From Penicillus capitatus (taxonomy: Eukaryota > Plantae > Chlorophyta): a DNA stretch of 64,000 bases. The notes beneath the pieces are model-generated. The model searched no databases. It was not told the DNA's origin and worked only from the letters and a program-made list of their open reading frames with translations. Shown here piece after piece: positions 1 to 12,215 of this stretch. The DNA lies in the NCBI GenBank assembly GCA_965649825.1, contig OZ287696.1:62001-126000 (forward strand), written 5' to 3'. The position numbers and the translations under genes are program-made. Within the stretch, counting starts at the first letter, position 1. Every line of letters begins with the position of its first letter.

Positions 1-283
1 GTTATTGTAACGCTACGTCTTTTTGGATCACAGAAGCGAGACCAATGAGTTCCTGTGGCAATGGATCCTGCGAAGCAAGCACATGCACATATGTCGCTTC
101 GGCAATGCTTTTGCCCAGCATAGGATGGTGAACTCTGTCGAGATGGACTCGAGCACGAGTGCTGCCTCGTCGACTGCCCCATTATACAGCGCAGCTGTCC
201 ACGAAACGACGAGCAGCAACAGGTTGCTGTCCAGAACTGCCACGAAAGACGGGACAAGCTACAACAAAATGAGGTCTGTGTAG

Positions 284-2598
284 GAGTGTTCTGGAAATGG
301 ATTGTGTATCTATTCGTCGGGATCTTGTGCCTGTTGGGAGGGATTCACAGATGATACCTGTTCAGAATGTCGAGAGGGATACAAGGAATACCCAACACTC
401 GGAATCTGTCTGCCGTATAAAGAAGAGGCATCGAGTGTACGCATAGCGATGCCCGACACGAGTGAGAATTTTCGGTAGAGAGAAGAAGAGAGCGAGGCTC
501 CAAGTACGCCGCCAATGGAGTCTATAGCTATAGGAAGTAGGTTTGTTCACAATTCGCAAAGATATATCGTGATTCGGCGATTCTTTGACGCGACCAGGCG
601 AGGAGGCATTGCCCTCGGAAAGTTTGCCAGATGATAATCAGGTGGCCTCGGCTCCGTCACCCCTGGAAGAATCGTTAGGTAGTGAACAAACGATCTGCAG
701 TTTTCTTTTGCTTCCAGGAATTTTTTGAGTTAGATTCGGTGTCGGCGGTGTCGGCGGTAGCAGACGAATCTATTTCAGGTGTCGAGCACTTTCCCGCGAC
801 GTCGACTCCCTTGTTCGATGCTCCGGCAACAGCAACAGCACCTGCGTATGATGATGGCCTTGTCGAAGACAGCGAAGGCTCTGCTGCGTCGTTAGCATAC
901 CTAGCAGACGCACCAGCTTCAGTTGACGACGCGTATTGGGCCGAATGGAGTGGAGAGTCCGCAGTGGAGTTGGCTGCGTCATCCGTCAGTGACGGCCCAG
1001 AAGCCGTTCCATTCAGCGCCTCACGTAACTTTATTGGCATGGATAAAGACCACATCCCTGTGTGGTTTGGATGACGTTTAGCTGAAGTAGCCGCTGAAGC
1101 GCCGGCGGTGTTCGAACCTCTTCCACAGTGGAGAGAACTCGGACGGATATCGGAAGATCTATCCTTCGATAAAGGACCGTCCACGTCTTTCTCTATCTAC
1201 TTCGACAAAGCGGATAATACTCCGTACGTCGCATTCACCGTAATGGCCATGGCGGGTGATGTCTGTCCCCTGAAAATGCGATTTCTTAGGATCCCATGGA
1301 GGTGCTAGGAATCAACAGACCGACACTGATCTGGCTGAATGGCTCGCACTGGCAGATCGTCGGTAAACGCGGTCGGCTGGTTACATATGTGCTTGATTGG
1401 CACAGTCACCCTTTCTACGGCAATGTCAATTTCGTTGTATAGCAAGACCCACTATCGTGAACCATTAAATTGTCTGATTACAGGTCGAAAGAGGAGGCGA
1501 GCATCCCAAGAAATCATGGACGAGTTCGTTTACACTACTGAATTCTACCTGCTCCATAAGGTCCGCCGTCCTCTTCCCTGCTGCGCTTCCCTTGTCATCT
1601 GTTCGATAGGTATTTTGAAGAACCGTTGGACCGATGGATGGATTACCCCATTCCCTTTTCGTCTTTGACGCATCTACCATGCGAGGCGCAAGGAAACAGT
1701 TTTATGGATGACTACGACAGTGCGTCGGCAGAAGAATCAGTTGACACGATGTATGTTCTGTACTCCTCTTGGGAGGCAATGGACACGAAATCCGGCATTT
1801 ACAGCTTCAGAATCGCCGATGACGTCTTCACAAATCTGAACTTCGACGGTTATCTAGAGCCCACACGCTTCGTTGAATTTCAAAGAAATCCATTGTCTGG
1901 CAATATTTACGCAGTCGGACGACCCTGGTAACCTGCCTCTACTGCGACAAGAGAGACCTTGAAAAGGAAGGACTTTCAGGTCGGATGCGCTGAGTACGGG
2001 CTTCGGCGACTCGCCGTATCCGCATGTCTATTTGTGGATCCCTGGATCGAGTAGTTGGATCAATGCGACACGCCTAAGCGGTGGCGAGAAGACAGGATAT
2101 GTCTATTTCTACGCCCTCTCTTTCTTCCCAAACGGACGTCCCGTCGTCGCATATATCTTGACATCCGATAAGGAAACCATACACTTGATGACTTACGATG
2201 AAGACACGGGTCAGTGGACAGATGGGCCGTCTATTACGCGAGCAGACCTTCCGATCGACGAGGATGTGTTTCGAATGTATTGGGACGGTGAGGAATGGCC
2301 GCCGCCTTTTCGGTATGGGATCGGGGCCCTACTCGTAGGCATGAAGTTTGCCCGAGACATCACAGGCAATGTTTATCTCTACTTTAAGACACATCGTCGA
2401 CGAGATCCGTGGCCAGACAGGACCTTCGCAGCGAAGCTATGGATATTTGCCTTTACCGGGTCGGACATGCATTCCTACAAAGTTTACCTCACTCTCGACG
2501 ACATCTATGGCACGCATACGACTCTTCACAATAACCACTTCGAAGATCGATCTCTTGGACATCTCGCCTTCGATCTGTACAGTAAGCACGTCTGCTAG
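284..2598 (+). CDS. Multi-exon extracellular-type protein, ends unresolved: EGF/laminin-EGF-like domain, acidic Ala/Ser-rich spacer, then an aromatic beta-rich C-terminal region
   Basis: Exon from 284 reads ECSGNGLCIYSSGSCACWEGFTDDTCSECREGY (EGF-type Cys spacing). ORF pieces 682-1074, 1108-1308, 1626-1931 and 2032-2598 are separated by short GT-AG gaps. The 5' exons (possibly before base 1) and the last exon (possibly to about 2760-2840) are not resolved. Confidence 0.55.
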
Positions 2599-3327
2599 TG
2601 AGCTCCTTCGCATGAACAGTATGTCATAGATCTACCGCATTATGCTTTCTGCAAAGAGGCTTACTGGATATCGTGGTTCGGCCGGTTGCGGGACATTGTG
2701 GTAGAACGGGATCATCCCAACCGCTGTGTTCCTGCGATTTTTCGATATTCGACTGTGTAATGACATCTGCCTTGCCGCGAGATGACCGATGCGATTACCG
2801 TTTCTCCTGCCGCGTCTATTTTTGCTGTCCTTTCGACTGACGACTCCGTTAGGTAACTACAGGAAAAAAGGTCGGCGCAGAAGGGTGTTCATTACTGCCA
2901 TCCATCTATGTAACAGTCGAGAATCTCCAGAAGACGGGGGTTCCTTCAACATCACCTCGGGTGCAACCAAAACTTGCATTAATTCGCTAGTTCATCTCCA
3001 AGTTAACGTTGTAATCGTTACTTTAACACGGACACAGATAAGATGCCACCAATAGATAACAATCTAAATACTGCGGGTTGACTTCGCAACTACCCGGCGT
3101 ACTACACAACCAAAAACTGCAATGAGAGAGAGAGAAATTCTTAAATCCAGGGGGGCGGACAGCACGCTGCCTAAACAACACGGCCATATCAGCAAAGGCA
3201 TATTGCCCTTCATCGGGTGTGCCGAGTGCCAGCGTCGCCTGCGGAATGTTGCCCTTGGTCCCCTGGTGGTTAGTACAGCATGCTCTATCAGGATTGTTTA
3301 ACATTGTTTGATGGGTTCAGGGCAGGG

Positions 3328-4330
3328 TCAGGTCAAATCGATAGTCTTCTGTTTATTCTCTTTGAGTATGTGGACGATGTCTTTATAGTACGTTACGAAG
3401 CTGTGGTAGAGTCGGCCTTCCTGGACCAGTGCGCCTATCTCCTCTGATGGTAGTTCGTCTTGGTAGAACAGCTGTCTTCGTTTCTCTCTTAAGCCTTCGC
3501 ATCGGAGGACGTGGTCTCTTGTTTCTTGTTGTTTCCCGCACCCTCTGCATATGTCATTGTCTATTTCGGCTCCCTTTTATCGGCGGTATTCCAGTGTTGG
3601 CAGGTGTCCTGAGAGTACTTGATGGACTCGTGAGGCGTCGGCTCTCGTCCATGTCGTTGCTTGGAACTACGGTTATCTGGCTTTGCATCGTTTCCAGCCT
3701 GTAGCTTTCAGTTGATTTGATTTCTCCACTGTCTTCCATTGGCGGTCTGCTCTGCGTTCTATGAATTCTTTTATTTCCTTCACGTAGGTGTCTTTCTTTA
3801 TCCTCGATTGAATGGTTTGAGCTATGTCCAGCTCTTGTTTCCGTCGATCGGTTCTGCTCGTTTCTTTCTCCATCATTTGTCCGAGTTCGGCTCTGAGTAA
3901 ACTTAATGGAGTACAGTGAGTGGTCGGTTCCGGTGTACGGTGAGGTTCTTCTTCTCTCACTGCCGCTTGGGGTGCTGTCCTGAGGAGAGTCTCAGTGGCT
4001 AGTTCGCTGAGTGGTGTGATGTGGGCTAGTGCCGTGGCGATATCCATTGATGTTGTTCTGTCTAGGCCCGCTATTGTTAGGCCCGCTAATCTTGATATGC
4101 GGTCTATTCTTTTGGCGCCTTCTTGGGTCTTGAGACTGGTAATCCAAATCTCAGCTCCGTACAGTATTACCGGCTCGAGACAGGGTTTGTAGAGGTTTCT
4201 GAGTACTGTCGGGGCTATTCGCCAGTATGCCTTCGCCATCTTTCTGATAATGAAAAACTGCAGTGAGAGTGGCCAATAGACATACCAACACAACGGGATG
4301 TTTGTTAATGTTGGCCGTAGAAAAGGATGC
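3328..4330 (-). mobile_element. 5'-truncated, decayed non-LTR retrotransposon (3' end of RT ORF plus CCHC zinc knuckle); 3' UTR probably extends to about 3050
   Basis: LYKPCLEPVILYGAEIW...RLAGLTIAGLDRTTS..ATALAHITPL (RT thumb/connector). After a frameshift: ASRVHQVLSGHLPTLEYRR*...CRGCGKQQETRDHVLRC. This aligns with the C-terminus of the LINE at 12.2-15.0 kb (ASRVNQFLANHFPSKAY...CVCGQDVEDRDHLLYSC). Confidence 0.8.
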
Positions 4331-5614
4331 GTATCTTGAAGCACAACAACGTAATTCACGGGATCATTATTAGTTTACTCAAGATGATGGTTCCATTTTG
4401 TACTCTTCCGCCAGCGTGTTGTGCATTGTATTGGTAGTAGACTTATATATGTACGCCACGGCAAGTTCGGGTCACAGCTCGAGCAAATATGGCATCATAG
4501 GATCACAAAAAAGTCAAACGGTTCATAACACATACAAACATTAGGTCGTTGATGGTCTAACGTTTGCCAATTTAGATTACCGAATCAAAGTAACTATGAG
4601 TTGTAATGAGAAGAGCTATCAGCTTCAGTAAACAAAATTCAGTGTCCGTCGCCTATGTCAAGTCTTTTGCATTTCGAATTCGGAAAAATTCACACATTCC
4701 AAATCAAGTAGGAGATTGGGCCATTCGAAAGGACCGCGATTAAAGTAATACGTTTTAGTAAAGGAGCCTGGTTTTGGGCTTTTTGATAAAGATTCGCCAA
4801 AAGAACTAAGATAGGAGATTATTTCCTTAGAAGAATGTCGGAGGTGTTCTTAACATGAGTTTTCGATATATCTACTATAGTTTTATCCAATAGCCCGTCT
4901 AAACCCCTTCGCCTACCACATCGCTAGTATTTTCTCATCATGGTTTATGGAACACGAACATGGCCACTAACTGTGGTGCAAGTTTTACGGAAGTTTCGAA
5001 TCCGGTGCTTTAGAAGTTTAGTGAGGACGTTAAGGTGTGAGAAGACATTCGTGAGAATGTGTGTTTTATCTAAGAGAACGAATGTTGGAAATACTCGTTC
5101 TCTGTTTGAAGGACTTATTGAACCTCATAAAGAAGAAAGGTATTTGTTTCTCAAACCACAAAGCAACTGACGACACAGTTATCTACTTTTCCGTTCATCC
5201 CTTTCATTAGAGACTACCTCATAGTCCCCATAAGTCTAAACCTTATAGTGAGTGACACGACAAAACCCTGCTAAGAATTCACAAGAAGGTAGATTGAGTT
5301 TTTCGGAAGAAAGTGCGGATCCAAAACCGCACAAATATCAACCGAACGTGGAGTTCGTTTGTAATATCGCCAACCACACTTACTCTATATGGCCATGTTC
5401 TCTATTCCTTTGGAGCATTCTCTCCTTTTGTAAACCCATCGAACGCTGTCGCGTTGTCGGTTGACGACGAAGGCTTATAGCTTACAGAAGACTGTCAGAC
5501 AATGAAAGGTCGAGGTTAAATACCCGAGGAACGAACTAACAGGTAACATCAAGTGTTCCTGGGCCACTCGTTGGTCCACTGCGCTGAGCTGGGCATTACG
5601 TAACTGTGACAACG

Positions 5615-5990
5615 CTTGCTTTAATTGCTGTTTAGATGGTCTTTGCAATACCGAAAGGAAGTTTAATAACAACATACCAACAGCATCTTCTCAAATCTTT
5701 CTCGAATAAATAGGGACATGAGAGTTTACCTGTTTGTATAATAAATCCGGTCAATATAACATGTCAGGCTTTCGCAACCTCGTGTCTAGTGTTTCGATCT
5801 CCCTGGATCTTTAACCACACCCACTATCTATCATCAAGTCCTCTATTTCTTTTCGAATAATCTTCTTTTGCAAGCTCATCGAATGCTGGTTTTAATTGCT
5901 ATTTAATGGTTCTTGCAATATCAAAAGGAAGTCTGTTAACAACATGCCAACAGCAACTTCCCAACTCTTTTTCAAACAAATCAGGAAAGT
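5615..5990. repeat. Diverged direct duplication (~110 bp units at about 5615-5730 and 5885-5990) in an AT-rich tract
   Basis: tttaattgctgtttagatggtctttgcaataccgaaaggaagttt...aacataccaacagcatcttc versus tttaattgctatttaatggttcttgcaatatcaaaaggaagtct...aacatgccaacagcaacttc. Confidence 0.75.
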
Positions 5991-6327
5991 TTTATGTCTC
6001 TGTAATCAATGAATGGATGTAACATGTTATGTTTTCGCCTTCTGATTCGCGGAGATTTGATGATCACTCATCTCAGGGTTGCACAGCTCTGTGGCACCGG
6101 TATTTGCGGCACAAAGTTCTAGGACGGTCTCGTCAAGTTTGTTCGGTCGATAACATTTGTCGGCCCACGACATCCCGCCCTGCTCTACGTGGAGCTTCGA
6201 CGCAGCGGAAAGTGAGACGACAGAATTCGCGAATAATTGTTACATAGGGCCGGACGCTCAATGCATGCGTCCGACGCGACGTCTGTATTCAACCGCCTCG
6301 ACAACGTTCTCTGCGATTTCCTCGATC

Positions 6328-7254
6328 TGTTAGAACATGGAACGTCACAGTCAACTGACGTGACGTTCCATACAGATACGATGTACCAACGCACCTGTGA
6401 GTATACCTATCGCCGAGATTTCCACGGCGATGGGACTGCCTAGTAAGGAAGGGGCACGTTGGTGAGGGGACGCTTGCTGTCTTGTCAGAAGGGACCCTTG
6501 GGCTTCACGGGACGCTTTTCTCTGGTCATGGAAGTACGATGACTCATCTGCCTAGAATGTCACATCACTTAGACTGAACAAAAGGCTTAGGATTCGCGGT
6601 GTTTTGCTTCTTGTTTGTTGTTGTAAATCCTTTTTGTCTCGACCTTCCCTGTCGCTCTTGTCGCCAAGCCCTCATTGGAAAAGTGACTCCATCGGGGCCA
6701 AGGGGTCGGCTGTGAGAAGGGACGCTTGTTGTCATGTCACGGGGGCTCTGTTCTAGGAAAGGGTCCTTTTCTCTGGCTTCGCATTCGAGGTGACTCAACT
6801 ACCTAGAAGGTCATGTCATCAAGGCGGGTATAAAAGGGGGGCATTCTGAGACCTTTTTGTAAGCTTTTTCTTTTGTTCGGGCCCGCTCTGGCTAACAGTG
6901 ACGCTGAGTACAACATCCCGCGAGCGACTGTCCCATACGCACCGCTCTACCCGACTTTCCAAGAACGCCTTAACCGCTTTCGCCAAGGAGAGTCGTCGGA
7001 TCTACACCAACGAGGCGCAGAGCGCGTCATCGACAACGTTGGACTATACGACACCTAGCGGAATTCTGAGGACCGAGGCATCGACTTCGTGGCTTTCGCT
7101 CCCGAAGACCTTGTGACCCCGGGCCTTCTGAGACGTATCTCGGAGAAGAGGAGCCAGTAGACCCACCGACCGGCGACAATACCCGTCGTCCGATTCGTTT
7201 CTATCAGTTGCCTCGACGCGCCCAGACCTCTCGCGACACCCCTCGGTCCTAACA
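6328..7254 (+). mobile_element. Solo LTR, copy A (927 bp)
   Basis: Termini TGTTAGAAC...GTCCTAACA (imperfect inverted repeat). GATC duplicated on both sides (6324-6327 and 7255-7258). Internal U3-like ~115 bp unit present twice (about 6460-6568 and 6710-6820). TATAAAAGGGGG at 6829, TGTAA at 6858. Confidence 0.85.
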
Positions 7255-7274
7255 GATCCAATTTCCATTCGTCT

Positions 7275-8512
7275 TGCGACGTCAAACGTGGCCGAAAGCT
7301 CAACTCCGTAGAGAATTAATTCTTCCTGCGCATGTTGTTCTGATGGGATACAAAACGGAGAACATTTAGAGAATGAACATTAAAACGGACGCGCATTATC
7401 ACAGATATGTAACTGCGACGACCCTGTACGTTTTCACGAACGAACAGCCTGTTGGTCCGCTGGCTGATCAAGCGAAGAAGTCTTAGGCGACGGTTTGAAG
7501 GCCGTCAGGACTGGTCGCTTGAACGTGAGGAAGCAGTCAGCGACGGTTAAGAGAGCGCTCGAGAGGGTCGAGAAATGACCGAAGTAGGGTGAAAGTCGAG
7601 AATTGGCAAGTATCCAGAGTTCAAGTCTGGGTGACGTGTATTCTCAGAATGGTGGAAAAACGTCACTGTCATCTGTGAACACTTAGACACTCGCCAAAAA
7701 TCTCAGAAACTGGTGGAATTCGATGATTGCTGAGGTCGCAGCGACGTCGAGTTTAGCGCTGCAAATGACCTGCGAGGTGCAAGCGACGTCGAGTTCTGAG
7801 CCGAAAGTCTGAGGCGACGGACGATGCTGTAACCCTGAGTGATCAGCCTGGATTACAGAAAAGGGCGAGGAAAGCGTGGCAGTCAGTTGACGTGACGAAA
7901 TGGACAGTCAACGCGCTGAGAAGAAGACGCAGCCAGTGGTAAAAGCTTGAAGATGCAGCGTCGCAGTGAGGCGAAGACATGAAATTGAGGTGTCGCCAAG
8001 AGGCGACGTAAGACGCGAATTTAGTGTGTGTAACTAAGAAAAACGCAAATGAAACGGACAACATGGGCATATAGAATAAGAACTTTAGGGGCAAGTTTCG
8101 GTTTAAAAGCTTTCGGTGTTGCGTGCATATTCTGTCGATCGAGTCGCTTTGCGCTGCTAACGACTACAAGCGTAATCCCGCTGCCGTGCTGACGATTTTG
8201 GCCTGTTTTTCAGTGCCAATTCTGCCCCATCGTCGCATAGTACTGCAGAAAACCAACACAGCCTACCGCGAACACGCGTTCCTTTACCGTTTCAAGCGAA
8301 TCACACATCAATGTGCCGTTCTTTGACTTTTTTAAAGACACCAAGCGTTCGCAAAATCGTTGGATTCGTTCTTGCCAGCAGCAGCAGTTGCGATACCTTG
8401 ATATCACATCATATCATCGTGCCTTTCATCAATAAAACTAAGAGTGCCTGCGGACACCGATTGCATTTCTGGAGTTTTTTGCGATCATAATACAGTTTGA
8501 GGGACGCACGAT
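7275..8512 (+). repeat. Dispersed repeat X, copy 1 (about 7275-7331 plus 8340-8512, split by about 1 kb of unrelated sequence)
   Basis: gcgacgtcaaacgtggccgaaagctcaactccgtagagaattaattcttc and ttttaaagacaccaagcgttcgcaaaatcgttggattcgttcttgccagcagc...gagggacgcacgat match 17264-17522 colinearly. Confidence 0.75.
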
Positions 8513-9533
8513 ACAGGAGAGCTGTCCCTTTTGCCTCTTTTAAGGATTCTCATGGAGCGGTGCCCTCCGGCGCACAAGACACGACGTCGTTCACCACATC
8601 CAGGTCGTTTTTTGGCATCAAATACCCCACCGGATGTCCCGAAGGACCACCATCAGTCTCGGGAGTTCGTCGGGCAACGAGATCTCGGTGCTCAGCCCAT
8701 TGGGTTCATAGAATCGAAGCTAGATGCTGTAGTGAGTCATCGCTGGATGTTGACCTTGGCAATTGGCTTAGCGTTTGTGATCTGTGACATGGACAAGGTG
8801 AGATTAAGATGCGACAAAGATAGTGAGAAAGTGTGATGTAGTGTAGAGTGGGCGGTGAGAAAGTTCTGTTAGTGGGGGTGGCGCTGTGGTCCTTGGGGAC
8901 ATTTCTGGCACCGTCTGCGACACACGTCGGCTTCCTCACGCTATGCGCTTCCCGCGTCTTGGTACATCTCACTCTCCAAAAGAGTGAGATCAAGCATGTT
9001 GGATGGACAGGTGGGTTTAGCAGAAGGACTGGCGCCTTCTGCTGCCACATGTGTGTTGTCAAAACAGGTTCCGACATCATCAGAGCGTTCACGGGCCGTG
9101 TCCACCGTCTTCGGAGGATTGGATCTGGGTTGTACCTGCCTTTTCACGACAGTGCCTGATGTGACTTTATTGATGCAGAGCCGTCCAAATTGATCTTCAT
9201 CTCGAAGACGGTCAATACCACGTGCCTCTGGATGGAATTCATCGTAATGTCCGCGAGCACGATCCAATTCCTTTCCCCACAAACTCCACAGATCCTGACA
9301 TCACACATTCTCACTTTCCTCTCAGCTTCCCATCTCACACCCAACAATGTCACTCGTGCCAGTCTCCTTGCTGGCTCTTGTGGGGCTTGAACAAACAGGC
9401 TGCACTTGGGACATCTCTCCAGATTCCGCTTGTGCACGGCATCAGCCCTCAGTCGCATCAACGGCAGTCCCTGGAGTACCACCACTTCACAAAATCTTGC
9501 CTCCTTCGTGCTCAACCGAAATCATACATCTGA
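8497..9533 (+). pseudogene. PHT4;5: Fragmentary plastid anion/phosphate transporter, PHT4;5/ANTR6-like
   Basis: RWMLTLAIGLAFVICDMDKV, GGEKVLLVGVALWSLGTFLAP and GLAEGLAPSAATCVLSKQVP..ERSRAVSTVFGGLDLG match PHT4;5 as I recall it. The ~45 aa between MDKV and GGxKV are missing, the transit-peptide frame is shifted relative to the domain, and the C-terminal half is absent. Confidence 0.7.
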
Positions 9534-9781
9534 GTCAAGGACGTAGGCGACATAGGTGCAAAGGGGAGCGCCGTCTTGTGTCGGGGTCGACAGTGTTCCG
9601 TGGTGGACAGTACTGACAACGGTCTTGGCCGTTTCGCCGATGGAAGGCGTGGCGAACCTTCGCACACGAGTACACGGTCTGGCGTGTGTCGGCAGCACTG
9701 TCAACGCACGCTTTTCCGCCGGAGTGTCGTACAACGCCTCACTCGTCGATCTTGATCGTCTACTTCTGTCCGGCGTCGAAA

Positions 9782-11411
9782 ATGAAGCGCCTAACGCGCT
9801 GCGTCATACCAATCACACGACCCACACTCTCTGTCTATCGCATGAACACGCATACCATTCCTATACCACGCAGATCTTCGGCCAAGAATCGACCACCATT
9901 ATGTCCCTCATCATCTCTGGCGACGCCAGATCAAGAGCGCGCCGAAAGTGAGAGGTTGATGAGAATGCGCGAGAGAGAAGAGAGTGAGTGATTTGCAGAT
10001 GTGGAGAATAAGGCAGAGGTGGGTGAGATGCAGAGGACGAAGGTGCTGATTGCCAGAGCTGGGGTTACAGGATTGGCGACTGCTTTGGGTTTATTGAAAC
10101 AAGGATTCGACGTCGTGATATTCGAACGAAATCTGACGGCGATCCGAGGCGAAGGAAAATACAGAGGGCTTATTCAAGTGTGATCTCTGTTGCTTTGATT
10201 GTATCGGATGCATGCATCAATGATGTGACAGATCCAGAGCAATGCCTTGGCTGCTTTGGAGGCGATCAATGCCGAAATGGCAGAGGAGGTCTTCGAACAG
10301 GGGATGGTCACAGGAGATCGTATCAATGGACTTTGTGATGGCTTGACTGGAGAATGGTATGTGAAGTTCGATACCTTCACACCAGCAGCCGTAAACGGAT
10401 TGCCTGTCACACGTGTCATCAACACGGTCACGCTTCAAGTGCGAAAAAAGAGTGAGAAGTGAGTGAGATTGATACGTCATGGCAGGAGATCCTGGCACGA
10501 CATGTGAAGAAATGGTCGGATCGAGGAGAGGGAGTGATCTGTGAAGACTGTCACGTCGTCGGGTACGAAGAGAGGGAAGCTGTCGGGAAGGTGGCCATTG
10601 TTGGCGAGATGGTGATGGGACGGCGCATTGATGGGGGCATGATGGAGCGAACACGGAGAAGGAAGGCGATTGAGGGGACTGTCTGGCTGACGATGGGTGC
10701 ACGGCGCCAAAGGGCAGTCAGGGTCTTGTCAGAGGGGGCCTTAGTCGTTGGAGGGTCCTGATTCTCTGGCTCGGGACGAGGGGTGACTCGTCGGTTTAGA
10801 GGGTCACATCACCTGAGCAGGTTAAAAGGGGGGCAAACTTTGGGTCTGGAGCTTCCGTTGTAAGAGTTTGTTCGGTGTTTGGAGCCCGGACATTCAGTCT
10901 GGCAGACGACGAGAGACAATCGGTTTCGCGTGCGACCGTTCGGTATCCGCCGTTATACCAGAACCCTCTGTTCCTCGCGGCACTCGGACATTTTCGGGAG
11001 GCAGAGCGCCGGAGTATCGACGCCACTGATCTGTTTCAGCGGGGCGCCGATCGGGTGGTTCATAACGCCGGGCTGTTTGATTCTCGACGTAGCTCGACCC
11101 AGGACGACCGACCCGAGCTCGTGGTAGAGGGCGGGCCATCAAATCTTGGGGTGGAAGTAGGGGAACAAGGCTTCACTACACGTGATAGCGGCCCCGTAGT
11201 GAGTCCGACGCGACAAGGCCGACAGCCATCGTTCTCGAAAACGGAGAAAGGCACGAAGGAGATCTCCTCGTCGGCGCAGACGGCATCTGGTCCAAAGCAC
11301 GGATCGCACTTTCGACCTCGCGCATTTCGCATGACTCTTTTGTGTCACTCAGATTCGGACACAACTCTTTGGACCGGCAGCACCGACCTATTCGCAGTAT
11401 ACATGCTACAC
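9782..11411 (+). pseudogene. ZEP: Zeaxanthin epoxidase pseudogene, 5' part, interrupted in an exon by solo LTR B
   Basis: KVLIARAGVTGL (FAD GxGxxG motif broken), AIRGEGKYRGLIQ|IQSNALAALEAI, GDRINGLCDG..GEWYVKFDTFTPA..GLPVTRVI, KVAI[LTR]VLENGERHEGDLLVGADGIWSK|IRTQLFG...YSQYTCYTG. Confidence 0.92.
10599..11224 (+). mobile_element. Solo LTR, copy B (626 bp), same family as copy A
   Basis: Termini TGTTGGC...GCCGACA with a perfect 5 bp TSD GCCAT (10594-10598 and 11225-11229). Removing it restores ZEP K-V-A-I-V-L-E-N-G. Shares the U3 unit, GTCACATCAC, TTAAAAGGGGGG and TGTAA with copy A. Confidence 0.92.
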
Positions 11412-11570
11412 TGGTGGCCGCGATGAATGCCGTTTCCTTACCTGCATACGGATGCCGACAACCCTCCAGACAGTGCCTCGGACATCGCCGACGCCCTGCT
11501 CTTCCTATCCGCCGGTTCTGCATCATCGTTCATACTGTCGCGTTACCTCTGTGCGAACCGCCGTCGTTTA

Positions 11571-11653
11571 CAGCCAGCGCCTCCAGCCGCTCCTCTTCCG
11601 CAGCCAGCGCCTCCAGCCGCTCCTCTTCCGCAGCCAGCGCCTCCAGCCGCTCC
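11571..11653. repeat. 30 bp tandem repeat, about 2.8 copies
   Basis: cagccagcgcctccagccgctcctcttccg at 11571 and 11601, partial at 11631. Confidence 0.95.
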
Positions 11654-12215
11654 CCTGCTCTTCGTCTCTTGCCACTCGGAATCCTGATGGCCGCGCACAG
11701 TAAGAATTGTTGTCGAATTCTTACTGTGCGCGGGTAATGTCGTGAAGACATTGCAACGTCCGTGAATGGAAACTGGAATGGTGTTCCATTCACAATCGAT
11801 TGCGTGCAGGTTGAAGAATCCATTGCCGAAGTGCATGTATGCGTGTAGTATTGCTGCTTATCGACCTAAGCACTCCTTTGGTTTAGATATCTGCCACCGC
11901 GATCATGCAAGATCTGCTGTACAACGTTTTTCGTCAGCCAACCGATAAGATTCCTTCGATTTTATCGGTAAGTTACATGACATAAGACGAACGCGTTTTA
12001 AACGTCACTGATCATCTTGTTCAATACAGGTTCATACGTTTGCACAGAACACGAAATGATCAGATCAATGTTTTTTGGCATCTGGCCTCTCAAATAGAAG
12101 GAAATCAACAACAGTATTGTGGTGGAACTAAAGGAAGGAAGATAGAAATCACCATCAAGCTGCCAGCATGACAACGCATGACGTGAGGCTTCGCGTCATG
12201 CAAGCCGGCATATAA

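Noticed and set aside
3150-3300. Possible hammerhead or HDV ribozyme in the LINE 3' UTR
   Set aside because: Only near-matches to the CTGANGA core (ccgatga, ctgatag), and I could not assemble the required stems by eye. An Infernal search would settle it.
7330-8340. About 1 kb insert inside repeat X as a distinct transposon
   Set aside because: No convincing TIR, TSD or protein motif; only a short internal duplication (gcgacgtcgagtt x2).
11430-11836. ORFs reading PAPPAAPLPQ or EERLEALAAE repeats as real genes
   Set aside because: They are alternative frames of a 30 bp tandem repeat in transposon-associated sequence, with no other support.
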